Below, one piece after another: positions 25,325 to 37,984 of a stretch of DNA of 64,000 nt. Position numbers and translations under genes: made by a program. Origin of the DNA: Octopus sinensis (lineage: Eukaryota); assembly GCF_006345805.1 (NCBI RefSeq), contig NC_043014.1, positions 22,878,001-22,942,000 of the forward strand. The letters run 5' to 3'. The notes below the pieces were generated by a model. That model saw nothing but the letters and a program-made list of their open reading frames with translations, made no database searches and was not told the DNA's origin. The stretch's first letter is position 1. Every line of letters starts with the position of its first letter.

Positions 25325-28300
25325 ATGGCAAAGCTGGGTTGTGTGAATGTGCGTGGAATGGGGTCGAAATGGAAACAAATTTGTTTTCTGAACGACCTCA
25401 CGACACATGGAGTGGACGTAGCTATTGTAACCGAGTCCAAGATGAATGGGGCCCAAGCATTCTCGCCTCTTCTAAATGGTTTCGAGAAATTTATTTCTCC
25501 TAGCTGAGGAAGAGGAAGAGGCGTGGCAGTCCTTATCAGGAAGAGCTTGGACTTGCAGGTAAGTACTGTCTTTCTGGACCCAGAAGGCAGGCTGGTCGTT
25601 CTGGATGTGACCCACGTAAGTAAACAGTCCTTCAGGTTGGTAGCTGTCTACGCTCCGAATGAGTGTAGGCAGGCGGGTTTTTTTCGGAATCTGGAGCCCT
25701 TTTTAGCGACGTCGAAAACGGTAGTCTTAGTAGGGGACTTTAACACTGTCCTTGAAGCACGGGTCAACAGTGTTGGCTCAACCAATAGGAAGGGGAACCC
25801 TAGCCTCAAGGGTCTACTAGAGAGCTTTGATCTAGTGGACCGTTATCGACTGGATGAGCCGAGCATTCCACAGTGGATGTGGAGTAACAACGACGGCTCA
25901 CACAGATCGTATATAGATAGGATATTCGTTAAGAAAAGAGATAAGGATACGTTTAGTTGTCCACAGTTTCACATTGTGCCTTACACGGATCACAAATTTG
26001 TGACTTGTAGGGTGCAATTAGATAAGTGCCATAGACAGGGACCGGGGTACTGGAAGCTGAACAAGTCTATTTTGAATTGTGAAGACTTCCATACCCGGAT
26101 TAAGGTGTTAGTACAGAGGGCATTGTGTGGCACCATCATTAACAATAGATGGTGGCACTCCCTCAAAAGAGCCATTCGTTCAGAGTCCATTAGATTTAGC
26201 AATCATCTAAGGTTAGATAGGTCTAGGATAGAGGACGATTTAGTTAAGAATCTAAACGAGGCAATGGAAGCTGGCTCTGCATCCGGAGTGATGGCGGCAA
26301 GGACGGTATTGTACCGTCACCTTAACTCCAAACACGAAGGTTGCAGAGTTAGAGCTAAGCTACGCGCTGGGAAATGAGAAGGTATTAACGTTGCTGGATG
26401 GGCCCGTCGAGTGGAGAGTCAGAGAGGTAACAAAGCTTCAATCAAGTCTTTAAGTGACGAACAGGGACAAAAGATCTATGGACAGGAGGAGATGCAAAAG
26501 TTTCTTCACCAGCATTTCGCCCGCGCGTTCGGGGGTGGTGTGGCGCCAGAGCGGGGGAGGGCCTTAAAGGACTTCCTAGCTGGCGGACCGCAGCTCTCAG
26601 GGCGTGAGGTGGAGTGCTGTGAAGAAGCGATCACTCCCGCGGAGATAGAGGGGATACTGGCCGGATGCGCCGGGGAGAAGTCGCCGGGGTTGGATGGTCT
26701 GCCCTACGAGTTTTACCAAAGTATGCCGGACTTGTTCGGGGGAATATTGGCAGGCGTCTACACGAACTGGCAGCAGAATGGGAGAATTCCCAGTTCTGTA
26801 AGCTGGGGAGTGGTGATGCTAATCCAGAAAGACCCGAGCAAGGGGGATAACATTAGTAATTACAGGCCCATAACTCTACTTAATGTACAATTAAAGATTT
26901 TGGCCAAAGTGTTGGCAAAAAGGTTGACGATTGTCGTGGAGAAACTTGTAGGGAAAGCACAGACATGTGCAATTCCAGGCAGGTCGATCCAGGACAATCT
27001 TCACCTTATATGCTACACCTTAGATAGGGTGGGTAAATTAACCGGCAAGGGCGGGGTAATGGTCCATTTAGACCAAAGTAAAGCGTTTGATAGGGTAGAC
27101 CATAAGTACCTGGCGACGGTCCTCGAAGTGGCTGGACTGGGCCCTGAATTTCGCGGGTGGATCTCCGCTATGTATAGCGGCATCAAGTCCACCGTCCAGA
27201 TAAACGGTTACCTAACGGAACCGTTTTCGATCGAATGTTCAGTTCGTCAAGGGTGCCCCTTGTCACCACTTTTGTACGTGTTGGCTCTCGAGCCATTGCT
27301 GCGAAAGTCCGAGAGGCTGGGAAGTAACCCAGATGAGATCGGAGGTGGGAGGACGGTTACTGCTTATGCAGATGACGTCACCCTCATCGTGTCCAATGAG
27401 GCCCAGCTACCTTGTGTAGAAGAGGCTATCAGAGGATACGAGGCGGTGGCAGGAGCAAGGGTTAACAAGGACAAGTCGGTTGGCTTGCGCCTCGGCACCT
27501 GGAGGAGCAAGTCGATATCGTCCAGTGTCGTGGGACACTGGACGGATGGTCCTGTTAAGTTGCTAGGAGTTTGGTTTGGGTCAGACTCCCAAACGGAGAG
27601 GAATTGGAGTGAGGTGACGGGCAAGGTGGAGGCCATAGTACGGACCTGGTCCAGAAGGTTTCTGTCCTTGAAAGGAAGGGCGGAGGTGGTGCAGATGTTC
27701 ATTGCATCTGTAATCACTTACCGCCTGACCGTTGTCCCTTGCCCCGATTCATGGCTTAGCAAGTTGGAGCGAATCCTTTTCCGCTTTTTGTGGAAGGGAG
27801 GAAAGCCACTTGTGAGGCACTCCGTTTGCTGCCAGGAACCGTTAAAGGGTGGGTTAGGAATGCCTTGGTTGATGATGCGCAGGCATGCGTTGAGGCTGAA
27901 GCATCTCAGGCACCACCTGGAGGGTGATAAGGTGTGGAGTCCGCTGGCAGGGGAATTTTTCCCGAGACCGGCTTCCTTAGTGAATTTTAAACCCGGTCGC
28001 ATCAAAAGACGGAATCTGACTTTATGGCAAAAGGAGTGCTGACAGGCACTCACGCTGATCCACAAGGCGGGCAAGGCCGGCTGCGGAAATACCACCTCGG
28101 TATTTTATAGCAGGCTGGTAGAGGCAAAGAACGACGACGTCCTAGGAGGGGCTCTGGGGTTTGACGAAGACCAGCTTACCAACCTGTTTAAAAAGACTTT
28201 CAGGATGGGGTATTTGGATAATTTCCAAAGATCCCTGGCCTGGCAGTGTTATAGGAATGCTTTACCTGTTCACGAGAAGTTATCGCGGCACGGAATTTCA

Positions 28301-28714
28301 GTGCCACTGACGTGTCCAAGATGCGGGTTGGACGATAAAACCGTCCAGCACGCTTTTGTACACTGTCGGAAGTTGTCAGACTTGATAAGTTACGCAGAAC
28401 ACGTGTTATCGCATCTGGGACGAGTACAGCTGTCGGCTGAGTCTATGATTAAGATGATACCGCCAACTGGACTCTCGAAGGAAGGTGAGGCATGTTTTCA
28501 CTGCACGGTTGCAGTAGTAAAAGAATGCATGTGGCGTACAAGAATGGAAGGAGTCGCAATAGGATCCTTTGTCTCAGGCCCCGGCTTGCTCACTTACTTC
28601 AGATATCATCTGAAGAGCAAAATGGGGCTGGAAAAGAAGATCTTACCACGAGGTGTGTATGAAAAAAGATGGAAGGAAGTGGCAAAAAAGGTGGGTGTCA
28701 GAAACCCAGCTTAA
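25325..28714 (+). pseudogene. Tx1 ORF2 (APE endonuclease, reverse transcriptase, C-terminal CxxC) with three in-frame TGA
   Basis: CVNVRG, VGDFN, SYIDRI, TDHK, KSPGLDG, RPITLLN, DQSKAFDRV, RQGCPLSP, AYADD, CPRC..H; all fragments are in one frame; TGA at 25505, 26375 and 28040. Confidence 0.93.
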
Positions 28715-28949
28715 CTATGGAGGGAGGGGAGGAAAGAAAAGCTGCGGGGCCTTATGGATTGCCGAGGTTTAAAATATCGGTAAGATCGCAAGTTAATGCA
28801 ATGTTGTAATGTTCTATTGGTCATGCAAAGGACAATTTAAATACAAATTTTGTATAATGAATAATCCAAATGTTATTGAAAATTTTTAATCAAACCACTT
28901 AACTGTTTTTTGTATGTATGTAATGATTTTATAATCGTAATAAAGAAAT

Positions 28950-29221
28950 TCGTCGACAACCATGATTGTCATACGCTGATGAAAGGTAAACACCTTGAAA
29001 CTCCGGTCCGTGTGTATCATGAGTTGAAGACGGGGAGGATGACTCCCCTTCACAAATACTGAGAGGACACAGATAGTGTGTCTATAGCCAGCTGGAGGAG
29101 ATATCTTCCTGGGGCTACAAACTACAGTAGCATCCACCCTTAGGGGTTAGCCATATTCAAATGGCAAATATGCGTCACGATGTGTTACTGCTACTGTTTA
29201 TAACTCGCTCTGAGATTTATC

Positions 29222-29224
<3 letters not shown>
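28950..29224 (+). mobile_element. Downstream part of the hammerhead repeat unit
   Basis: Resumes directly after the Tx1 3' end and terminates in (TA)n. Confidence 0.85.
28970..29014 (+). ncRNA. Minimal type I hammerhead ribozyme motif
   Basis: CATACG-CTGATGA-AAGGT(AAAC)ACCTT-GAAA-C(TCCG)G-TC-CGTGTG; intact core; predicted cleavage after C29008. Confidence 0.7.
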
Positions 29225-29267
<43 letters not shown>

Positions 29268-30374
29268 ATATGTAAATATATATATATATATATATATATG
29301 CATATATGGGTACAGGATGTCACCAATGGTGCAAATAACATGAAATATGTAAACAAACAAGTTTAATACATAAACAATAAGAAAAATGGAATACAGGACA
29401 AGTAAACACAGAGAAAGGACCCTTCATCAGTTGTCAGCTGTCTATCTACTTCTCATTTCAAGCATTCAACAACAATATTAATCTTCAAAGACATTTAGTT
29501 GCTCCCATAAATTCTAAAATGAAATTTAAGATTTATGGAGGGTCAAAGTTGGGAACAAAAACAGGACAGTGGAGACATACAAGGAAACCGAATGAAAACA
29601 TTCTTACCACACAGCCACACCCAGACATACATACATACATACATACATACATACATACATAAGTATACAGAGAGTGAGGGAGAAAGGTAGAGACGCACAT
29701 ATATGTACGTAAGGAGATTTATAGATAAATTAGTAGTTGCAGTTTTTCTTTCAATTTTTTCAATGTGTACAACTCCACCTAACACACACATACAAGATGT
29801 AAAGCCAAAACAAAACGATAAATCTTTCTATTCCTCTTTCATTCTAATGCAGTGTAGTAAGCCAATTGCATAAGTTTTCATGTTCAGAAGTATCAATCAA
29901 TCTGTGTTTAGCTAAACTGGAGTTGTAGCAACCTGTGAGCCTTTCCCATTGTCATTGCTTTTGTTGCTTTGTATATGTACAGACCTGACTGAGTAGGTCT
30001 ATGATAAAAAGCGTTCTAGCCATGACCTTCCCATCCTTTTGTATATCAGGTATTGCATTGTCCAATATATTTCAGACAGGAGAATGTGATCTGAGGGATG
30101 TAGCTGCTATTTCTTCTACTTTTTCTTTCTTCTCCTCTACTACTATACTGCTCACTTTATAAAAAAAGCAAAGCAAACATATAATTTCCAGGATATATAC
30201 CCAAAAGAATGTTAATAATTATTTGAAATAACAGAAATAGACAAAATCCTTTCAGCAGCAGCAGCACTAGCAGCAGCAGTAACATGATTATTACAGGATT
30301 AAATTTCGTTGGGGGGTATGCATAAGGGGATCATTTTAACTTTGCCCTTCTTTTTTCTTTTTTCTTTGTCCCTT

Positions 30375-30428
30375 ACTACCACTACTACTACTACTACTAC
30401 TACCACTACCACCACCACCACCGCCGCC

Positions 30429-30518
<90 letters not shown>

Positions 30519-30545
30519 GCCACCACCACTACCACTACTATTATT
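30375..30545. repeat. Compound (ACT)/(ACC)/(GCT) trinucleotide repeat
   Basis: Direct reading. Confidence 0.95.
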
Positions 30546-31118
30546 ACTTTTTTGCTTCTGATTTCTTAACAGAGAAACATAAAATGAAAATGAAGGAAAT
30601 ACAGTAAGTCAGAAAAAGAAGTATGAAAAAAAAACAGATTTAATGAAAGAAGAGTAGAGGGTGGGGGAGAAGGAAAGAAAAAATGAATAAATTATAACAT
30701 AACATCAACAACAACATCAACAAACAACTGATGTCATTTTTCTAAATATGATGCAGTAGTTTTTAATTTGAGATTTAGTTTTTCTGCCAGCTATAGGCAA
30801 TAGTAATTACCAAGCACTTTCTTCATCTTGATGAGGAAAATATTTGATAATATTTATTATGTTTTTTGTTTTTTTAACTTCTTTTTCTCTTTTTTTATTT
30901 TCCAGGGATTAATTTATTACAGACGTGTTATTCTCATCGTTTGGTGTGTTTAATTAATTTCTAGGTTTCTAGGCTATTTTGACTGATTGTTAACTCGTGC
31001 AGTCACTGTAAAATAAAATGAAATATAAATCAAATCAAATCAAAGAAGAAAAAGAAAATCAAACTTTTTCTCTTTCTTTCCCCTTCCTTAGCAATGCCCA
31101 AAGCAACATTTTACAATT

Positions 31119-31119
<1 letters not shown>

Positions 31120-31204
<85 letters not shown>

Positions 31205-31250
31205 CGTGTGTATGCGTGCGTGTGTGGATTCATGTATGTATGTATGTTTG
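31120..31250. repeat. (TG)n microsatellite
   Basis: Direct reading. Confidence 0.95.
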
Positions 31251-31504
31251 TATAAAATGATGGTTGGATGTAATTTGGGTTAATCCTTTTGCTGATGGTT
31301 ATAAAAAGTTACTGAATTGTAAAAGTTGCTTCAGGCATTGCTAAAGAAGAAAAAAGAAAAGATGGAAAAGCGATAGCCGGTGGGGGAGAAAAGGAAGAGG
31401 GGAATTGGAGGTGGGGGAGGAGTTGGTGGTTGTAAAATAGCTTTGTTAATTGTTGCTAACAGGTGGCTAGTTGTTGTTTATATTAGTAAATGGATAGAGC
31501 CTAA

Positions 31505-31790
31505 GTGTTGGTTGGTTTGTTGGCTGGCTGGCTGGTTGGCTGGCTTGTTGGTTGGTTGGCTGGTTGGTTGGTTAGCTGGTTGGTTGGTTGGTTGGTTGGT
31601 TGGTTGGCTGGTTGGTTGGTTGGTTGGTTGGTTGTTTGGTTGGTTGGTTGGCTGGCTGGTTGTTTGGTTGGTTTGTTGGTTGGTTGGCTGGTTGGTTGGA
31701 TGGTTGGTTGGTTGGTTGGTTTGTTGGTTGGCTGGTTGTTTGGTTGGTTGGCTGGTTGTTTGGTTGGTTTGGTGGTGGTGGTGGTGTTTT
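31505..31790. repeat. (GGTT)n microsatellite
   Basis: Direct reading. Confidence 0.95.
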
Positions 31791-32046
31791 TAGTTTGTTG
31801 GCAGTTATTGTCTAACCACAGTTTGGCCCTGCCTGAGCAGACAGACTTACAATAAGAAACATTCAAGTGATGGACATCCCATCTTTTCTTTCAATCAGTG
31901 TATTCAATATGTCTCTCACTAGGGTGTAATCTGAGGGACAATTGGTTACTATTTCAGGCAGTTTAAGTGATTCCCTTATTGGCTCAAGAATCAATGAAGC
32001 TAGGAATTCACTGAATTATTAATCAATGAAAACATAGTATGTACAG

Positions 32047-32377
32047 AGAGGTAATATTAATCCTCACTTAAACGTGGATTTTCTATTAAAACAAAATATA
32101 CAGTGGTAGATACCCTGAGAGAAACTCTCATATTGGCTTTTGGTGCAAAATGCACTCTTGTTTATATTGCTGGTAGGGAGACAAATCCCCACCACTTCAA
32201 GTGCCGAGGCCACCAGATCATGTGATTTCGACCTTCCTTGGCCTTGTCAATGATGGATGTTTGACCAAGTGTATTTTGCACCAAAAGCCAATATGAGAGT
32301 TTTTCTCATTGTATCTACCACAGTATAGTTTGTTCTAACAGAACCTCAACATTTAAGTAGGGATCAATATTACCTCT
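32047..32377. mobile_element. Palindromic MITE/foldback element
   Basis: Arms of about 115 bp; AGAGGTAATATT / AATATTACCTCT at the ends; ACTCTCATATTGGCTTTTGGTGCAAAAT is perfectly inverted. Confidence 0.75.
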
Positions 32378-32923
32378 TGGTATTAATACTGCTTCTGTTG
32401 CTAATAAAATTTTTTTATATAACATGCAATATTCCTTAAATTTCTCTTTTTGTGGTATGGCTTTGTTTATGCAGGACCAATGTCTCATATGGCTTACAGC
32501 TAAGAAAAGCTTCCCACCTTACCTTAGATTCCAATCCATATTATGGAATGATGAAACTGATAGTTTGGTAGTTTAGGTAGTTGCAACATGATGTATGTAA
32601 GAGTAAAGGTTTTTCGAAAGATCTTGATCTATGGAAACCTTTTTAGTTATTATTACGATAGAAGCTCATTTAATATTATTTTCATCACCTTAAGTGTGTA
32701 ATGTGAGAGTTAACTTTAGTCATCTCTCACAAATAAATAAGATTTGGTAGCATCTACCATATTCAGCTGGCTTCACCACTGCTCAGCTGGTTCACATTTC
32801 AGCTGAGTAGAAAAGCAAAAAAAAGAAAAAAGGTGCCTTACTCAACATCTGCTTGGTCTTGGAATTGAACCCATAACCATATTATCAAAAACCCAACACC
32901 CTAACAACGTGGGTGGATTTAGT

Positions 32924-33428
32924 CAGTGCCATCTTCAGGCATGGGCACTCTGGGCAGTTGCCCAGGTACCCCACAGGCCTAGGAGCCCAATTCTAATCTA
33001 TGTATACTGTGGCTTGCTGGCAATATTATCTGCAGCCAGTCGTTGTAACTATGACTGTTCATGGCTTTGGCATGTCTTGATAAGCTTTTTGTATTCTGGT
33101 CAATTTTTTGCTTATTTTTGCCACTTACGATGATCAATTCCTTTCTACTTCATATCCCTTTCTGCAATATCTTTGAATCTCAGTCTAGGTTTCCCATGGT
33201 TTCTTTTCCCTTTGCATTGTTGGTAGTAAATGATTTCTCTGGTGAGTTTATTGTTGTCCATCCTGTGCATGTGACCCAACCAACATAAGTTTCTATCAAT
33301 GAGGATTTCCATCATAGGAGGTAGGCCAGCACACCATAGGATCTCTTCATTCCTGATCTTGTCAAAATACTATTGGGCCTAGTGTACTGGTTTGCCTGGG
33401 TGCCTATAATACTGCTAAGATAGCTCTG
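32924..33428. mobile_element. Possible non-autonomous hAT-like element
   Basis: Termini CAGTGCCATCTT / revcomp CAGAGCTATCTT with GGGCA..GCC subterminal motifs; no clean TSD. Confidence 0.35.
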
Positions 33429-34182
33429 GATCAGTGAGTGGAAAAAGAAAGAAGACTATTGTACATACATATACATACATACGTATGTGTGTGTATGTAT
33501 GTGTGCAAAAATGTGTATATCTGTGTTTGTCTACATTTGCACTCTTTTCTACAAATTTTGCAACATAAAAGTGAAAATATATTTTCATATTTCCTGTCAA
33601 CAAATAATGCGTTCTTTTCGTATTTTCTAAACCATCTGAAATAAAACATCTCTTACTCAATAAACAAGGCTAGTGACAGCTGTAAGACAATACTTCCATA
33701 ACATAATCATCTAACCCACAATAGCATGTAAAACAGGGGTAAAATGAGTGAGTGAATATATGATATGATATTTTTTTTTCATCATGCTGAACTATTGGTC
33801 CCAACACATTTCTTTTCTCTTGGGTTTTTTCATTCTCACTCCATTTTTTCCCCTCTTAATCCTTTCTGTTGAAGAGCATAGGCTCAGAACATCAAAAACT
33901 TTTCCATTCTTTCTGTGCGTGAAACTAATACACCTGCTTGTTGTTTCTTCACCTGTCTTCGTCTGTTGTTTTCTGTAAATTTGAACTATATGATATATAT
34001 GGACTAACTGAATCAAAAAGGTCTTCAAAAAGGTCTTCATTAAGCTTTTGTAGTTGGTTTGCAAGATTCTTGGTGCAAAACCATATGTTGGATCAGATTT
34101 TTTTGTATTTGGGGAAGGTCATTATGCCAATAATAAACATATATTCTGGTTTTATTTCACATTCATTAACATTATTATTAGT

Positions 34183-34395
34183 CAAGGCAGTGATCTAGCA
34201 GAATTGTCAGCATGCTGGGCAAAATGCTTAGCAACATTTCATTCATCTTTACATTCTGAATTCAAATTCCACTGAGATTGACTTTGCCTTTCATCCTTTC
34301 GGGGTCAATAAAATAAGTACCAGTCAAGCACTGGGGTTCTAATAGACTTAGCCTCTGCCCCAAAATTGCTGGCCTCGTGCCAAAATTTGAAACCA
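34183..34395 (+). mobile_element. SINE
   Basis: AAGGCAGTGATCTAGCAGAA head, GACTTTGCCTTTCATCCTTTCGGGGTC core, CCAAAATTTGAAACC tail. Confidence 0.85.
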
Positions 34396-34569
34396 TTATC
34401 ATTATTAGTTAAATGAAAAAATTGAAAGGTTTGCTTGATCACTTAGTCAAACAAGCATTCAGTTAGATTTGTCAAAGTCCTTTCATCACCATTTGCAACC
34501 TCATCAATGACATGCCCTCTCTGCCCTATGTCTGCTTCAGGTTTGTTTGCTTCCTAGTTTACAGGTTTT

Positions 34570-35780
34570 ATCATCATCATCATCATCGTTTAACGTCCGT
34601 TTTCCATGTTGGCATGGGTTGGACAGTTCGACTGGGGTCTGGGAAGCCAGGAGGCTGTGCCAGGCTCCAGTCTGATCTGACAGAGTTTCTACAGCTGGAT
34701 GCCCTTCCTAACACCAACCACTCCATGAGTGTAGTGGGTGCTTTTTATGTGCCACCAGCACAGAGGCCAGAGGAGGCTGGCAATGGCCACAATCAGTTGG
34801 TGCTTTTTACATGCCACCGGCACAGGAATTACAACTACAATTTCCATTTGATTTTGACTTTGATGTACTTGACTCAATTGTTTTCTACAAGCACAGAATA
34901 TCACTCTAGTACAGCATGTTGCCCTATGATCCAAGATACTTTTGAGCGGGTTAGAGCTGGTTATGCAACAATGGTGTAGGTTACAGCTGTGAAATTACTT
35001 TATTTGCCGGGTCTTCGCAGTCACAGCATGTCTCCAATGGTCTCAGTCTTTTGTCGTTGCCTCTGTGAGGCTCAACGTTTGAAGGTCATGCTTCACCAAT
35101 TGTCTTCCTGTAACCAATTGTCTTCCTGGGTCTACCTCTACCCCAAATTCCTTCAACTGTTTGGGAGTGGTACTTCTTCACACATCTCTCCTCATCCATC
35201 CGTAGTACATGACCATACCAGTGCAAATGTCTCTCTTGCACGCCACATCCAATGCTGCTTATGTCTAACATTTCTCTCAGGTTGCTTACACTCTGTCGTG
35301 TGTGCACACTGACATTACACATCCAGCAGATCATGCTAGCTTCATTTCTTTCGAGCCTAAGCATGCCCTCAGCAGTCACAGCCCATGTTTCACTGCCGTG
35401 AAGCATGGCAATTTACACACATGCATCATACAATCTACCTTTCACTCTGAGCGAGAGGCCCTTTGTTGCCAGTAGGGGTAGAAGCTTTCTGAACTTTACC
35501 CAGGTTGTTCTTATTCTGGTGGTAACACTCTCTGAGAATCCACCCCCACTACAGACTTGGTCACCTAAGTAGTGGAAGCTATCAACTACTTCTAGTTTCT
35601 CCCCTTGGCATGTGATGGAATCTGTTTTCTGAGCATCTGCGGTGTTTATTGCTCCTATGCATCTGCTGCACATGAAAGCTATCTTCCTTTGATGTTGCTG
35701 CACCTCTTATGTGTCCATAGCTTACACTGGATACATCTTACATTTTATCTACACCTTTTCTACAGATCAAGCAGGACTAC
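34570..35780 (-). mobile_element. 5'-truncated RTE LINE
   Basis: (CAT)n tail on the plus strand; KGRLYDACV and LHGSETWAV peptides homologous to 18334-18936. Confidence 0.9.
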
Positions 35781-36069
35781 CTACCTGAAGGGGTGTGTGA
35801 TGTGGGATTTTAGTGAAAATGTGTGTGAGGGAGAAAGTGAGAGGGTGTGTTTACAAGTGGGTATGTGTGTGTAAGTGCACATATGTATATGTATGTACAC
35901 ATGCATGCATGTGTGCACATGCTAATTTGTTTGGTGTGCAGATGCACACTTGTGTGGCATAGTGTGGATTCTTTGAGTAAGCTTGTGTGTGTGCATGTAT
36001 GTGTGTGTTTTCATGTACGTTCATATGTGTATGATGTAGATTCTGTGAAAGGTGAGTTGGTCAATAAAC

Positions 36070-36350
36070 ATGATGTAATTCATATATTCTGATCAACAAA
36101 ACAACCTGCTTGTGAAATTAATGTGCAAGTTGCCGAGCTCTCCACAAACATGCAAACCATTAGTGTAACTCTCTGGGAGATTCAGCTTGATGCAGAATGT
36201 GGTGAAGCTGGCCCTTTGAAATAGAGCTACTATCCTTTTTGCCAGCCAAGTGAACAGAGGCAATGTGAAATAAAGTATCCTACTCAAGGACACATGCACA
36301 TTGGGAATTGAACTCATGACCTTACAATTGTAAGCTGAATACTGTAAACA
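36070..36350 (-). mobile_element. Old SINE
   Basis: Reverse-complement homology to 5385-5695. Confidence 0.7.
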
Positions 36351-37984
36351 CTGATCCACATATCTTCAAATCAGATGCTATGGCAAACGTGTTAGACTGC
36401 ATCTACCATCCACCACCAGAAGGAAAAAAAATTATCAACCTATTAGTTGGTATACATATATTGGTTTCAGTGTTACTTCACAGCACAGCCTCTTAATAAC
36501 CATTTCCCTCCACCTGTGCTCACTCATTACACTCTCCCCACTCTCCTTTCACAATCTTGTGAACTCACCCATCCACCCTCTTACCTGCTTCAATCCTCAG
36601 TTTACTTCACTGTATACATCTTCTTGTAACTTGGGTGTACGATCCATGTTCCCTCTTTGTCACATCTTCACTATCTTCTCTCTCTCTCTCTTTCTCCCCC
36701 CCACTTGAGGTAGTCATGTTTCACCTCCAATGCAAGTCACCTTTTTCTGTCCCTCAGCACTGCTTCCTCCAGTTGAGAGGTCTTGTCCTTTAAGTTACTT
36801 GATAGCCTTACTGTGACTGGTACTGTATACAAAGCGCCCAGTACACTCTGTAAAGTGGTTGGAGCTAGGAAGGGCATCAAGCTGTAGAAACCATGCCAAA
36901 GCAGATAGCAAAGTTTGGTGCAATCTTCTGGCTCAAATCCATATAAATGTAGAACCTGTAAACTAAAAGGCAAACAGATCAAAAGCAGACTGACTGAATG
37001 TTTAATCAAATAATCAACTGGTTAAATAGTCAACTAATTGACTAATAATAATAAAAGAAGTGAAATAGTACCAGCGGTGCATTTATTATTTGTATAATAA
37101 CCTTCCTTGAATACAATAAAGTATATATAGTAAAATAAACATATATTATACAAAAGCATAAATTTTATTTCTATAAACTGTATTTATAAAGACAGAACCA
37201 AAACTGTAACTATACAGAAACATATTAAAGAAATTCAAATTTACCTAGATTATATACATTCATGACAACAAAGCCATATGTTTTGAAGTGTCAAAATTCA
37301 GTTAAACTTCTCAGAATTCAAATTTCCATATTTAAGTATAGAATATCCATTCAGAGTGTGTCAACAAGAACTCAGCGCTATTTATATAATTATTTGTCAA
37401 AATACATCTGGAATGTATCTTAATGCAGGAAGCCACTAGAGTGCTCTATAAACTAGGTTCACACTGGTATAATATATAAACCAACTGAATCAAAAACAAT
37501 CTAAGACATATAAATTAAAATAAATACACACACACACACATTAAAAACCAAAAGAAGAAAAAAGTTTTGAGAACTTTTTCATGGATAAAAGAAAGAAATC
37601 ATTTACATTTTATCAAAATATGCTACTGGTTTCAGTCACTTAAAAAGACAATTTAGTCATTCTGAGATATAAAAAGAAAATAAACTGAAATAAATTAAAT
37701 TAAATTAATCTTTTATGATATCAGTTCTGGAAATTCACAACTTATAAAAAATCACATAGCGCTAAAATTTCATTTCCTTCTGATTGCTGCTGTGCTAAAG
37801 TAGTAGCAGCAGTAGCAGGAGTGGTTGTTAATTGTAGCAGCAGCACAGGAGTAGCTATTAGTGGTAGCAGCAGTAACACTGCTAGTTGTGATTTTGTTAG
37901 TCTAACTAGTAGCAATAGTTATTATGATTGTGTTATTCTAACTAGTAGCAGTTGCAGTAGTGGTGGCTTCAATAAAAGTTGCAA

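Larger units (their letters stand above)
23643..28949 (+). mobile_element. Full-length Tx1-type (L1 clade) non-LTR retrotransposon
   Basis: 5'UTR, gag-like ORF1, APE-RT ORF2 and a 3'UTR ending in AATAAAGAAAT. Confidence 0.92.

Noticed and set aside
25325-28714. Selenocysteine or readthrough recoding of the three TGAs in Tx1 ORF2
   Set aside because: No SECIS was recognised, the positions are not catalytic Cys sites, and CGA-to-TGA decay also seen in the adjacent RTE explains them more simply.
19800-29224. CRISPR-like or LTR-retrotransposon interpretation of the repeats
   Set aside because: No repeat-spacer periodicity; no TG..CA termini, PBS, protease or integrase; the coding region is APE-RT.
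29420-29465. CTGATGAAG on the minus strand as a type II hammerhead; also CTGATGAG at about 9490
   Set aside because: Stems I and III could not be formed.
30299-31866. Poly-V/T/A and WLVG/NQPT ORFs
   Set aside because: They are translations of trinucleotide and (GGTT)n microsatellites.
33792-34064. Decayed piggyBac C-terminal region or host exon
   Set aside because: The Cys pattern is incomplete and no TTAA-bounded TIR pair was identified.
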